From the NCBI RefSeq assembly GCF_009914755.1, contig NC_060927.1: a DNA stretch of 64,000 nucleotides; one strand, given 5' to 3'. The position numbers and the translations under genes are program-made. This document shows positions 17,518-31,400 of the stretch, in pieces. Positions within the stretch are counted from its first letter, which is position 1. Each line of letters starts with the position of its first letter. The stretch is from the human T2T-CHM13v2.0 reference genome, Homo sapiens. A model generated the notes under the pieces. It did no database searches and had not been told where the DNA came from. It saw only the letters and a list, made by a program, of their open reading frames with translations.

Positions 17518-17778
17518 TTACTAATATTATGTTCTCTTTTGGAATGTTATACTCCCCTGGTCTTACATATCTAGGTATAAATTGTTCAGAAACAACTTTA
17601 GTATTGCCCTTTTCAATAAGCTTTGTCTGGTACTCACCCAAACTAATCACTCACTCTCCTTAACATTCTTGCTGAGTTATTATGCCGCATCTCACTCCCG
17701 CAACCATCAAACCATTTCTCTGCCCCCTATTTAGACCATAATTCTTCCAAAGAATCCCTCACTCTTGGTACCAAATTC

Positions 17779-18422
17779 TGTAACGATCAGAGTTCAATAA
17801 CAGAAGCAGAAGCACTAGGAGACATATATAATTTATTACATAATTTGACCTTATGTAATTGCAGGGTTTGGTATAAAATTTTCTGGAAAGCTGTTATCTT
17901 CATATCTGATGTTGGAGCTTAAAGTCTACAGGGCAAGAGATCAAGAAGGGACAAAGAGTATAAAATGTGGAAGAGAAAGGATAAGCTGTAACTCACACGG
18001 TCAAACTGGAACCCACAAGGACAGACTGGAACTCAATCAGGCTCTTACTACTTCTGACTTCAGTGATGTGAGTGCCTTGCAAAAAAAAGCTGGTGCTCTT
18101 CATCATGGAAATAAACACACACCTGCACACCTGGCCAAGGAGTGGAGGAAGCTAAAAGAGGGTTCATAGGAAGGTAGAGAAGCTGCTGGCCTGGCTGCTG
18201 TCTCACACCAGCATCTAACAAAATGCTAATTCGTCAATAGCACCTGCGCTGGCCTTCTGCACGTAAAAACAATATGATGGCTGCTTCTTTCCACCCCCCG
18301 AATCTCAAATAAAAGAAAAAAAAAAAATCTCTTGCAGCCCAACCAACTGGAAACTTACAGTGAAGATAATTCTACTAAATGAACTTGAGCCTAGCCAAGT
18401 TAGCATATCATAAAAACCACCA
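17779..18422 (-). mobile_element. ERVL LTR (MLT2-like)
   Basis: TG...CA termini; end motif gcctagccaagttagcatatcataaaaaccacca; ERVL PPT and Leu-PBS adjacent. Confidence 0.7.
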
Positions 18423-18900
<478 letters not shown>

Positions 18901-21900
18901 CATTCATCTCCTGATCATCGCAGGGTAAGAACTAGTCTTTCCCTAATCATTCAGCTTAAAAGTCCCAGCCCAAAGGTTCTCTCTCTTAAGAGTCTGCATT
19001 GGCATATGATACTGCTATATTGCTGTGTGCTGCCCCAGAGTGTCGGGGCAACACCTCTGCAAGAGTCCTATCACTGTGAATTTTCTCAAATAAATACTCT
19101 TCTATAAGGGCTGATTGTGTATGCTGCAGCTCACTTCTTGTTTGCTCAACAATGTAGTATTTAAAAATTAATGAATCATAATAAGTCAAGTATGAATTTA
19201 ATTAAAAAAAATTCCTAACATTGTGTTTAGGACAGCATTTTACATGACTGATTGCTGAAAATAGCCCAGCAATTATATAATTTCCCCCAAATTAATCTAT
19301 GTTTCTATCAACTGAAAGACTGTTTGTAATTCAAAAACCTGAGATTTTCCTTTTTCTACAAACTGAATTTCTTTCTTCCTATTCAAGTATGCTTTTTGCA
19401 AAAAAAAAAAAAAAAGACTTAACTTACAGTGTTACACTTTAGAGAGAGATTTACCAAGGGATCCAAAATTTTACTCATGTTTTAAAATCCTATTTATCTG
19501 TTTGTTATTGATTCTTATTTCCTTCTCTTTCACATTCAAAAGTAAAACTATTCTATTACTCTTGATATGTATAACTGCACTCTCTGAACACTGAACTCAG
19601 GCCAAAATACGTCAATTTTTTTCTCTGATTCTGGACACGGTGCACAGCTGGAAACAAAATGAGGAATTATCATTAAGACAAATAAGGTTATAATGGTCAG
19701 TTGAGCCAAGAGATGAGAAGAATTCTAAGTAAAGATAGTTCTTAGCCTGCTTTTTTAATTAGCTGTGTTCATTCTCAGGTCATTCCATGTGAATTTGTTT
19801 AATACACTTCCTCCTCACTTACTTTTACCAGTCTTTTATACATTTTAATGAATGGGATATTCAAGAATGATTTGACATTTTTTCTTTTTCTTAATGATTA
19901 TCCTTATTACATCATATTATTAATTATGCAATGTAAAACATATTGATTTTATAACATAAAATACTTCAATGTTATCAGTAGTGTTAAAAATATAGTGGTG
20001 CTATTTATTTAAATTAATCAATTTAAATGAATTTAAAACTCCGAGGAAAGTGCTGTTAATTTATCCATTTTATAAATGAGGAAATTGAGGCCTAAAAAGT
20101 AACTTACCAATAAGAAGCAGAAACAATGTTACAACACAGACAGGATAATTCAAGAGTTGTTCTTAACTACTGTGTTCTACTATGTAATGATAACACTTTG
20201 CAATATATACTGCTTTACAGTTTACAAAACACTATCATATGATCTTCACACCAAAACTAAGAAACAAATATATCCATTTTCAAACCTAAGTAGTAAGACT
20301 CAAATAACTTAAATAATCTTGCCAAAGTCAAACAGCTGAGACATGATAAATACAGGACAAGAACCCCAGTTTTCTCCTAACCTGTATTCTTTCTTTTGTA
20401 TACTTTGATTCCTATAAAATGTTAAAAGATCAACCTGTGAAGTGTATGGCAATAATAAAAATTCTTCTGTTTTTGTCAAATCACAGTTTCCTTTAAAGTA
20501 TCCAGAATTTATTGGTTATATTCAGCTTATCTTTGTGTATGAAAGATATCTGTACTTTAATAATACATATGAATATCAGTTTGGAAATTATAATGTATAT
20601 TATAAAAAATAGTGTATATTTTTCCAATTTATCATAATTCTTTGTCAACGTAGTTCATCATTTGAATATGAGCTGAGTAAGGGAGCCCAGGATGAGGAGT
20701 AAGGTGACTTGACTTCTGGTCCTGTTTTGTCAGTAACAGGTGAACCGAGTGAGTCATTTAACTGCTCTGGTCTTCAATTTCCTCAGGTGTACAATAAGAG
20801 GGACCTCCAAGTTACAGCCCCATAGTCTAGGACAGTAATCATGTGCTTCACTGAGTCTGTGACAAGTAAAGAGAAAAAACTATACAAATTTTTATAGAAC
20901 AAAGAAGCTTTGAATAATGTACTGATGAATTACAAACTGTCACATAGATGAGGGGCATTTGCCTCCCCCAAAAGAGGGAGATGCATGTTGCTAATAATGC
21001 ATTGAGCTCTTTCCACGTGCCAGATTCTGTGCAAAATGTTTTTGTATGCACACTTTCTTGTTACACAGCTCAAAGATACCCCAAGAACATTAATAAATTT
21101 ATCTGGAAATGTATATTGGGTACTGCTAAACCTGTTCCTTATATTGCCAACCTTACTTATACTCCATTTTGCCTTTGGCATTGCATCTTAGCACTGTTTT
21201 TTTCCATGATGTTAACGGTTTCCAACTTGTATTTTTCCAAGTACTGAACACATTCAATTAAAATATAACCAAAGCTCAGAAGAGAGAGTGGTAGCAAAGA
21301 TGCCAGAGTCAGCAATTATGTAACTTTTTAAAAATTAAGTGTATAAATTAAATATGTATATATGTAATAGTGTGTATACATGTATGTACACACAGTAGAC
21401 TCATTTCAAATTGTCAGAAATTTCAGATTTAAAAACTTTAAGCAACTAAATGTTAGTAGAACTAGAAAAGACAAAAATAATTATTTTTGAAAATGTAAAA
21501 GATACTGCAATGTCAAAGTAATGCTGAGCATCTATCTGTACTGTGGTATGCATTAAAATCCATTACATTCTTTTTCATTTCCCTAGGTAAAAATGTTACT
21601 GCAATGTGTTGATACAAATTGTATTTAAATCTGCTTCCTTTATTTGAAAGCCTTATGTTTTGTGTTAAGAGAGGACAGTTGTAAAATTGTTAAGTGTACA
21701 TTAGTTTCATACAGATTTCAGAGGCTATTAAGCAATATACACATCTTGATTGGGAATTAGCACCAAACACAGCATATTCCATAGGATTCCATCTTCACAA
21801 TCTGTTTCATACTGATTGAAAAACACTAAAGCCAAAAGCAATAGAATTGTTAGAATATTAAACAAAGTTTATATGATAATAAATACTTGGTCATTATGAA

Positions 21901-23759
21901 GAATTATAATGGATCTCTTCAATGAATGAATACCATTTGGCTTACTCAACAACAATATGTGGTTTTTATTGAGTACCTACTATGTGCCAGGCATTGTTCT
22001 GAGAAATGTGACTATCACAATGCCCTTTACCTTAGAAATAACATGGCAAGACCAAAATTTGTTATATCATCCTAGATATATATTAAGGTTTACATTTTCA
22101 AAGAAAGCCAAATAAATACTTTGACAAAATCTTCACTACCTATGTCTATCCAAGAGTAGTATCTCTAAGGTCAATTCAATATACAGATAGTTTTTTTCTT
22201 CCCTGAATAGGTGAACTTTAGGTTGTTTATGCTCATGCTTAAATATTTGATGCTTATGTACATTTAGAAGTAATACAAATGGTCGCAGGGAGAGACTTTG
22301 TTATATTATTATCAGATTAAACTAAAACTGTCTTTGTTAATTATCCTTTAGTCATCTGGGCTGGAATATGACAAAATCAAAATACCCAAGACAAAAATAG
22401 GTTACCAAAAATAGGTGTTTCCTCAATGTAGATTTATGAGTTCACACCAAGCTTATGGTCACCAAAAACAATGCTTATAAAAGCTAAGCTAGAATTACAC
22501 ACTTTTCTGAGCTCAGTAGAGCAGGAAATCTGAGACGTTGTGTATATTTTTCTCTCAAAGCTTAAAAATTTGAAAATAAGGGTAGAACCTGTGGCCAATT
22601 GAAATGCTGAAAGTTCTAGCTATTTCAGATATTAAGACTGTATTTGGCCTTGCTATTACACTTATTGGTCTGGTGTACTCTCTGCAGAAACTGGAACAAG
22701 AGAAAGTCAGATAAAATGCAGGGAAGTTTCACTGGCCTTGAAGAAAAGCCCTTTAAACATATTTATAAAAGTGGAGTAAACTAAAAAACTCTGGAATATT
22801 CAAGATTTAGAAAACCATGAATAATTTGACTAGTCACCAGCTTGCATACCAGGAATATGGGCTCAATTTTATGATCCTAGATTAATTCATATAATGCATA
22901 CTTTCAATTCACTTTCATGCATATCACCTAATATTCAATTACACTGACCAGTCTTTTGTACCTCTTTTTATATTTGGATGGATGTCTTCATTTTTAGCAA
23001 TGCTTTTTTACTTAAACCTAAAATCAAATCTGACAACCATTCTGAAAATTTGAACAGTTATTGTGCTTGAAAAAACATCTGCAACTTCTATTTAAAGAAA
23101 ATTCAAAAACCAGGTATCAGTCAGGGTCTCATCAAGAAACAGAATTTACTCCAAATGAATTAAAGAAGACTTTAAAAGGGAAACAAATAAGTGACAGTAA
23201 GTACTTAGAGACTAGCAATAGTGGAAAGCCATTGCCACTCTTGGAATTGAAGGGACAAGGGGAAAAAATAGTGGTCCTGGAATCCAGCAAAAACTGAATC
23301 CATGGAGAATGGGCTTCCCAGAAGGAACTAGAGCCATGAAGTAATGGATCTACTGTCAGTGCCTCAGTACAAAACCAGGGAGGAAGTCATTGAAAAATAC
23401 CCCAACTGCTCTCCGGTCAGATATCCTCCCTGTGCATCCTATTAGCCAAATGCACTAGAACTAGAAGCCAAACCCAATCTCCCATTGGCCAAACGCAACC
23501 AGAGGACAACCCTCAGTAGGCGTTAACCTGCCAAGGAATAAATAAAGCAGAACGGGGAAGGATAGACAATAGTTTGGGAGGTGTCGGGGTACGAATGGTG
23601 GTTAATCAGCATACCAGTATACCTAAGCACCCATTAAATTTAAGATAGAAATTGAGAATGTAAACGGAGTGTTTTTTGGAGTTCATTGAGTGGCAACAGA
23701 ATGGAAAGATAAAGCATTTATTCCTTAAAAGAGTGACTGCTACTGAGTTGGTCAATTTA

Positions 23760-24390
23760 AAGCCTATGCTCCTAATATCACTTTAAAAGTGTGTATAAAG
23801 TGGACACATATACAAGGATATTCATTCCAATAACATTTGTAATATCCAAAATGTCAACCCAAATGTCATGCAGCATTGGTTGTATAGTGGTGAGCATAGC
23901 TGCCTTCCAACCCAAATGTTTCTCCACAGTGGAATAAATGCATGAGGTAGGTATGCTCATTCAGTAAAATAACCTATCATAATAAAAATGAACAGCCTAG
24001 AACTATACACAACAACATGGAAAATCATTACCAACATTACATTGACCAAAAGAAGTAATATGGAAGCAAATACATAACAGTATGGCTCTCTCTATATGAA
24101 GTTTAAAAACTTGTTTGGAATATATTCATATGCAGAAAAACTATAAAGTAAAACAAGGAAATGATTACCATACAAGTTAGAATAATGGTAACTTCTAAGG
24201 GGAATGGAGGGGAATTTGACAGAAAACTGACACATGGGGGCTTCTGAGATTCTGGCAATATTAATTTTTTTTCTTACTTGGATGGTCTTTACATGGATGT
24301 TTGCTTTATAATTATTCAATATAATGTATGCTTATTTTGTGTACTCTTCTATATCTGTGTCATATTTCACAATGAAAATGTTTTTAAAAT
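23760..24390 (+). mobile_element. Old L1M (L1MC/ME-type) 3' region
   Basis: Motifs caacccaaatgt, aataaaaatgaac..., ggggcttctgagattctggcaata. Confidence 0.7.
23873..23910 (+). pseudogene. 5'-half tRNA-Gly(TCC) retropseudogene (tailless)
   Basis: gcattggttgtatagtggtgagcatagctgccttccaa matches recalled human tRNA-Gly-TCC nt 1-38 at 36/38; TSD caacccaaatgt. Confidence 0.88.
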
Positions 24391-25315
24391 TATTGCTTGA
24401 GTTTCTGTTATTTGAAAGATTTGAATTTTACAATAAGGAGCCTTCTTGGTAATTAAATAGATAATCTCTTTCCAGGGAACTTTATGCTTTGAAATAATTT
24501 CCTGTGGTTTCTAATCTTTAATTATAGCACTCACCAGATACAATAAATTACAAGGAAAGTCCAAAACATTTTGTTTCTGTAATCTCTTTGGAAACGACAT
24601 CTTAGGTGTATCTCCATTGAGGAAGACAATTTGTTCCAGAAACACATGTGCCATGCATTTGTTTTCAGAAGAAGAAACAGCATAGAAAATATAATTGCAT
24701 GGCTTTATCTCAGAAGCAAAGAATTATAGTACAGAAAAATCATTAAATAACAATTAAAATAGCATCAGTGTGCCAAAAATACACATATATAATTGGCTTC
24801 TGGGTGACTTTGGACTCAGGGATGTAAGGGTAAGGGGTCAAGTTAGTGATGAGAGACTGATATCCCCAGGGATCTCTGTGGACAGAAAGTGAATCTAGGG
24901 CAGGAGGGAAAAAAACCAACTGAAATTAAATGGAAATTAAGTTAGGGTCTTAATTAGAGCTCTGAAATGATTTATTCACAGAATAATTTCATCTTCATAT
25001 AACATTTTGACTCCTATTCCTTGAAATTTAGAAAAGTTCTGTCATATCTTGGCTTTGCTTTTTCTTTAATAAGCAAGCATGTTGGAGATGTGACTTACAG
25101 GTAGTAAGAAATATTTAATAATTTGGGGTGTTGAATACTATCCTTTTCTACCAATTTATTCTAAGTTGCTTTCTATTTTTATATAAAGTGTGTTCTGGAA
25201 CTGTGCTATGGCTTCCTTCTCCTGTCAAATTCCTTTTCCCAACATATTTTTCTCATAACCTAAAATGTTTCTGTAAGCATTAGTTATGCTTGCATCCTCG
25301 TTTATGTTTTTTTTT

Positions 25316-25632
25316 AATTTTATTATTATTATACTTTAAGTTTTAGGGTACATGTGCACAATGTGCAGGTTAGTTACATATGTATACCTGTGCCATGCTG
25401 GTGTGCTGCACCCATTAACTGGTCATTTAGCATTAGGTATATATCTCCTAATGCTATCCCTCCCCCCTCCCCCAACCCCACAACAGTCCCCAGAGAGTGA
25501 TGTTCCCCTTCCTGTGTCCGTGTGTTCTCATGGATGAAACTGGAAATCATCATTCTCAGTAAACTATTGCAAGGACAAAAAATCAAACACCGCATGTTCT
25601 CACTCATAGGTGGGAATTGAACCATGAGAACA
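25316..25632 (-). mobile_element. Short young L1PA 3' end with 5' inversion
   Basis: Antisense 3'UTR 25316-25531, then sense segment 25529-25632; TSD cgtttatgttttttttt at 25299-25315 and 25633-25649. Confidence 0.93.
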
Positions 25633-27233
25633 CGTTTATGTTTTTTTTTTAAAATTACTTTCCCTAGAGCCCCCTTGCCTTTCCTTGTTAGCACACACTA
25701 AACGCTCTAGCCTTAAGGCCTTTAGTAATTGTTGCATTAGGTGGATAGAGTGGCCAAGACACAAAGGAAACAGTTACTTCTCCTCCATCAGGTTGGGTAC
25801 CGTTGTCTCCAAACCCCTCTGGATAGATGGAAGCCCTACTAAAATTCAAACTGCAGGTAGAATTTAGTTTTGAAACACCACTACTTGTACTCCATTATTA
25901 TTTTTAGATTACATCTCTACAACAGTCTTCAATGTTTTGAAAATAGAGGGGAAAAGAGATGGAACTTAGATATGGTTAATATTAAAATTTCTTCAGCGTG
26001 GATTAAATAAACCCTCTCCATTATGTTTCAACTATTTACAAACATCTCTAGGTTTTCGGCAAGTTTTTTTTCAGCCTTGGAATATTCTATTTGCCTACTC
26101 CCCTAATGGCTAGTGGCTAGAAAGGGCTGATCATGACAAGACAATTATCCTACAAATGACATCATTTGAGCAGGTCTCTGTGCACATGAGGAGGAATTAC
26201 CTAAATACAGTGATGTAGCAAGAGTTGCAATTCAATTTTCCTGAGATCTTAACCATTAGAAGCCAAAAAGCCCATCTAATTATAAAAAAAATCAATAAAC
26301 ATTTATGTCAAACTTCAGAAATAAAAAACTACAGGGATATGACTCACTGTAACATAGCCTTTAAATCAAAAGATCTCTAAATACAAGTAAATAGATGAAT
26401 ATTTAATTCAAATCTTATTTAAAATATTACCACTAAACTCTCTTGCATGTTACAAACTTACTTAGAAGTAGGGAAAAAAGCAGAATACAATAAAAGGGGA
26501 ATTTAAGCTAGAATTAGAGTACCTGGGTTACTAATCTACCGTCTGTTAACTAGATGTCTTTGAATACATTGAATTCTTCATCCTCATTTTTTTATCTGTA
26601 AATTGTTGGTAGTAACATCAGACTTATCCGTCAAACTGAATTATTTCAAGGATGAAACTGAGTTCCTTTCAGCCATCTTAGACGCTGTCTTAGAAGCACA
26701 ATTCAGAATAGAGACCACAGGAGAGAACAAGATGGCTTAGTCCAACCTCAATCAAAAGACAAGGAGAACCAAAGGTAATCTGTCCAGCTGAATACAGAAC
26801 CCTATGTCCTCCTAACTTCCACAGGATCTTGTTCTGCCAACGATCTCTTGTCTCCTAAACCTGTAATCTCTCTTCTTTTTCACATGGCTCTTTTATCTAC
26901 AAAAATAAAAATAAAAAAAATAAAAAATAAAAGGCCAAATTACCTACATGCTGAAACAAATGAAACAAGAAAACCTTCCTAAGCATTGCTTTTCCCTTAA
27001 ACTGTCACATTTGTCTTTTTCTCTCCTGTTAAACTTTTAAAAATCCCTACACTTATTCTATCAACTTCCTAATTATTCCCAAACCTAATAATACAAAGGC
27101 ATTTCTGCCCCTTCAATCTACTGAAACCACTTCTGCTAGGTTATCAACTACTTCCTACTTGCAACATTCAAGTGATATTATTCGGACTCAAATGCTTGCA
27201 TTTAACAGTTTACACCTTTCTTTTTCTTTAATC

Positions 27234-27540
27234 CACGGATGAGCAAACCACAGCTCACTCCTTGTTTATGTATGGCCCGTGCTCTTAGAACAGTTTTCAC
27301 AATTTTAAATCGTTTAAAAACTGAAAAGAATAGTATTTTGTGACATGTAAAAAGTATATGATATTGAAATTTCAGTGTCCACAAATTAAGTTTTTTTGGA
27401 ACACTGACATACCTATTTACTTGTCTACAGCTGCTTCTGTACTACAGAAGCAGAGTTGCCTAGTTGCACTCTAGTTGCTGTAGAGACAGGATAGCCTTAA
27501 ACATTTACTACCTGGTCTTTTACAGATTAAGTTTGCCACT
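27234..27540. mobile_element. MER58-like hAT-Charlie DNA transposon
   Basis: Motifs gcaaaccacagc..., aaatttcagtgtccacaaa..ttggaaca, tttactacctggtctttacag..aagtttgcc. Confidence 0.7.
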
Positions 27541-27899
27541 GTAAACTTAAACTCCCTCCAGCCAAGGTTTCAGGATGCATTTCCTGGAAAAGTTCCTACT
27601 TCTCTGATAAGTCCTCCCTGAGATGTTGTAAAGATTAAATAGTCTAACATATACAAAGTACCTAAGACAGTATTGTCCCAAAGCTTATGTTTGAATCCAT
27701 ATTAGCTCTTTTGTCTGTTGACTCCTTCTCCTCTTCCTATGTCTGTGTTCCCCCAAAGGTTCCATTTCATTTTTTTGTTCTTTCTTTATTCCTTACACTC
27801 TTCTTATTAACCTTATTTCCTCCCGTAACCTCAAGCATCATCTCCATGCTGATGAATTCCACAGCTACATATTCAATCCAGATTTTGCCTTACCTGGAT

Positions 27900-28480
27900 G
27901 TCTTTTTGAGAAAACAAACTAAGTGCATTCAAATTTAAACCCATCCTTCCCCATAAAATTTGCTTCTCAAAAAACAATCCCTGTTTTCAATTTTTAGTAC
28001 TGCTATCCTCCCAAACTCAACGCAAAGACCTCTTCCTTTCTGTCTCTTTTTCACCCTCCACATCCAACCAGTCCATGAATCCTTTCTACCACATTTTAGA
28101 AGCTTGTCCCATCATCCACAAATTCACCACTTTAAGTTTACTTCATTTTGCTTCTGGAATGACTAACTCATCTATCTGCCAATAATCTGGTCCTACTTGT
28201 ATCTATCCTCTATATTTTCAATAGAATTGCCTTTCATCTTCCTATATAACAAACGGGATCACAGGACTCAATGCTTAATCATCTCTGTGACTCACACTGC
28301 CTACAGAAATAATATAGTCCAAACACTTGAGCCTAGCCTTTCACAATGCATTCATTCATTCAACAAATATTTATTATTTACTACATGCCAAGCTCTATGC
28401 CAGACTGTGGATAGGGCAGTGAACAAAATCAGCATGGTATCTGCTTACAGGGAGATTCCAGTCCTGCAGAAGAGACCAAT
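27900..28480. mobile_element. L2 fragments
   Basis: cattcattcattcaacaaatatttatt (L2 3' end) and an upstream pyrimidine-rich L2 body. Confidence 0.6.
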
Positions 28481-31400
28481 ATTAAACAAAGAATCATTGC
28501 ATTTTCCATCTACCCGTATGGAAAAGGTATACTTTTATAGTGTCATCTGCATGTGCAGTGACCTCTGTCTAGAATACCCTAACCTTCAAAGCAAGACTCA
28601 AATATTTACTCCTCTGGTATGGAAACTTTTCCCAACTTGTGGCTGTCAGAGTTAATTCTGGCCTTCTTTGTATTCCGTAAGAATATCTTAATTATTTAAA
28701 CACAATATTATACATTCTTACTGCTCTTACTTCACTGGGTTGTGAACTTCTTATACTCATGGACTATGTCTTATTGATGTCCCATGTTAACTCAGTAATC
28801 ATTATAGTTTATTTAATTAATGAATTATGTCTCTTCTGTGATTAAAGGCCAGAAACCAGGTTAGATCTATGCTGTAATTAATAAAAAGCAATATTTGATA
28901 AAATAATAAAAAATACTTAAAGAGATAACATACGTTGCTCATAGATGAATAAAAAGTAGCACTTTTTAAATTTTTAAGTAATTAATTTTAATAACATGAC
29001 TTTTACATTTATTTCATTCAGAAAAAGCCAAATGATTTCCCAAAAAAGGCATATTAGCTGTTAATGCTTAATTTTTATCCACTAATTTTGTTTCTTATTT
29101 TAGTATGTTCAAAGTATATTTTAGCAAACTATAAATAAATCTCTTTGCTAAAAAATATTAGAGAACATTATCCTCACAATAAGATATTTGTTTTGTATAA
29201 ATAATATGTTTACATTTTGTAGATATTCAAGTCACAGACAATGCAGAAATAGAGAATGATGAATGGGCTGCAGAGTCAAGAAAATAATTGTAATAATAAG
29301 TAGCCTAATTTATAAGATGTGCCAAAGGGGAGATCCAGGAAATTACCAAGCAGTTAACATCAATACTAAGAAAGAAAAAGAACAAATAATAATAGAACTG
29401 ATCAGGAAGTACTTAGGCAAGAACAATTTAATGAGCAACTAGCAGCATGAGTTCATGTAGAAAGATTACGGAATACAAACCAGACAGAAAGTGTGAGAAC
29501 AAGCAGAGTCAGCCCAAGGAACCTGAATTTGTCTATTTTAAATTATATCGATAGCCATGTGAAAAAGCATCATAAATTAAAATAATCCTGTGAGGTTCAT
29601 TTATATAAAATTAACTTTTGGCTCATATACTACAAAAGGCATTATTTTATTTAAAAACCCTCCTATTCAGAAGATATCTTCCAATCCAATGATGCTTCCA
29701 CCACTGGACTCTGAGTGGTGCATATGAGTGCAACTGATAGTACTTAAATTATCTTAGCCCACCTCCCAAAAAATAGTTGCATAAATCTTGCTAATATGTG
29801 CTTTTCAAGCCAGCCAGATATGGCAGTCTTGGTGAGTGCCTCCAGCATGAAAACTAGTATAAATGAAGTCCTAAAAAGATGACAGCTATTAGCAATCCAG
29901 GGGCTATAGGTGGTGCAGCAAGTTTTACTTTTCTAAAGATAATTTGATTATGTGTAAGAACTCAAAGCAAAGTCTTTAAAAGTATTTGGACTACAAAGTG
30001 AAGTTAAAGATTGTCTAAATGGGCCAGAGGAAGCTTCACTCATTAAGGGCTGTCTCTAACATAATGGAGCTCAGGTCACCTATAAGCATCTCCCCTCTAG
30101 AAAGACATGCCTATCACTTATTTATGAGAGAGGAACCTTCTGCTTGGATCAGGAATCATGCAGCTCAATCAGCAGAGGCAGGAGTGTGCCTTGGCCAACA
30201 CGGGCATTCTCAAGGTGGCCAGGTGCCAAAGAAGTGTTGGCCAAGTGGACAGTCTGCTATCGTGACCTCTATAGTGGGTAAAGACAGCCAGCATAGTTGT
30301 GTGACTAATTTGTTTGACAGTAAAGAAGGGGCCTCCCCGCAAAACTGAAGCAAAATAAGAAATATGGTGGAAAATATTTGGGTTTTATTGTAATGACACC
30401 ATGGAAATATAACTACAGTTGGGACAGCCTGCCCTCCTTATTGTTCCTCAGTCAGTTAAACTCAAACACAATTTTTCAAATGCCACCCATTTTTCTAAAA
30501 TGTTTAATTTCAAGGTCTGTTGATTCTTTATATGGGCCAAAATATATACTCTTTATCATCTTAAATATCTCCCTTTTTCTTCTCTGATACTTCATTATTC
30601 AGCACCTTCATTTATTATATAAAGCTTTCTTCTCTTAAAGTTAAATATTTAACTAATTGATACAACTCTTAGGTACATTAGTTCCTTTATACAGAGTATG
30701 ACACATGTATTTGATGGTTATCAACAATGATGTTCATAAATTTAAAATACTCACATATAAAAACTGCCCTGTTGAGAATTTTATTTTGTAATGCTTTTCC
30801 TATCATGTATCAACATTTTTATTGGTGAATATAGTAACCTTGTTTTTTTTAGAAAGTGAAATTAATTTAATACAAAGGTGATACATCTTTACTATATCTG
30901 TCTTCATCTCTAATGTTAAAAATAGCTTTTTTCTGTTAGTTTTCTCCTCTTTTCTTATGAACATTTATGTAATTTTTAAAATTTTTAACTCATAGTTAAA
31001 GCAAAACATAATTTAGAATAATACATTTTACCCTTTTAGATTATTCTAATCCTCTACAAATTTTATCACATTTACCAGCTTTTGGATAATATTTAAAATA
31101 GCCTTCTGCCCTAATAAGTTTACAGAGCCTTGCTAATGTTTATTCTCTATTTCTATAAATAAAGGTAATAAGAAATAGTAGAAATCCTGCCTGATTAATG
31201 ATCTGTGAAGTTTATAACTTAGTTTTTTAAGAGGTTATATCTGTAAGAGGTAGAAAATAAGAGGGATAAAGTAGTTGTTTACTCACTCTACATATTCATT
31301 TCTAACAGTTTATTATATGGACAATTGAAATAAATCACTCGAGAAGTAGGCTTTCATTATAATACACAGAACTGTAAAACACAGTTATACTAGTGAGGCT

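Noticed and set aside
23873-23910. Functional tRNA gene
   Set aside because: Lacks the 3' half (T-arm/B box and acceptor 3' strand)
28197-28655. 152-aa ORF (similarly 16783-17223 and 61173-61568)
   Set aside because: Lie within L2/MaLR relics, with no coding signature
30019-30348. 109-aa ORF in a slightly GC-richer patch
   Set aside because: No recognisable motif; possibly an old LTR-element relic that I cannot assign
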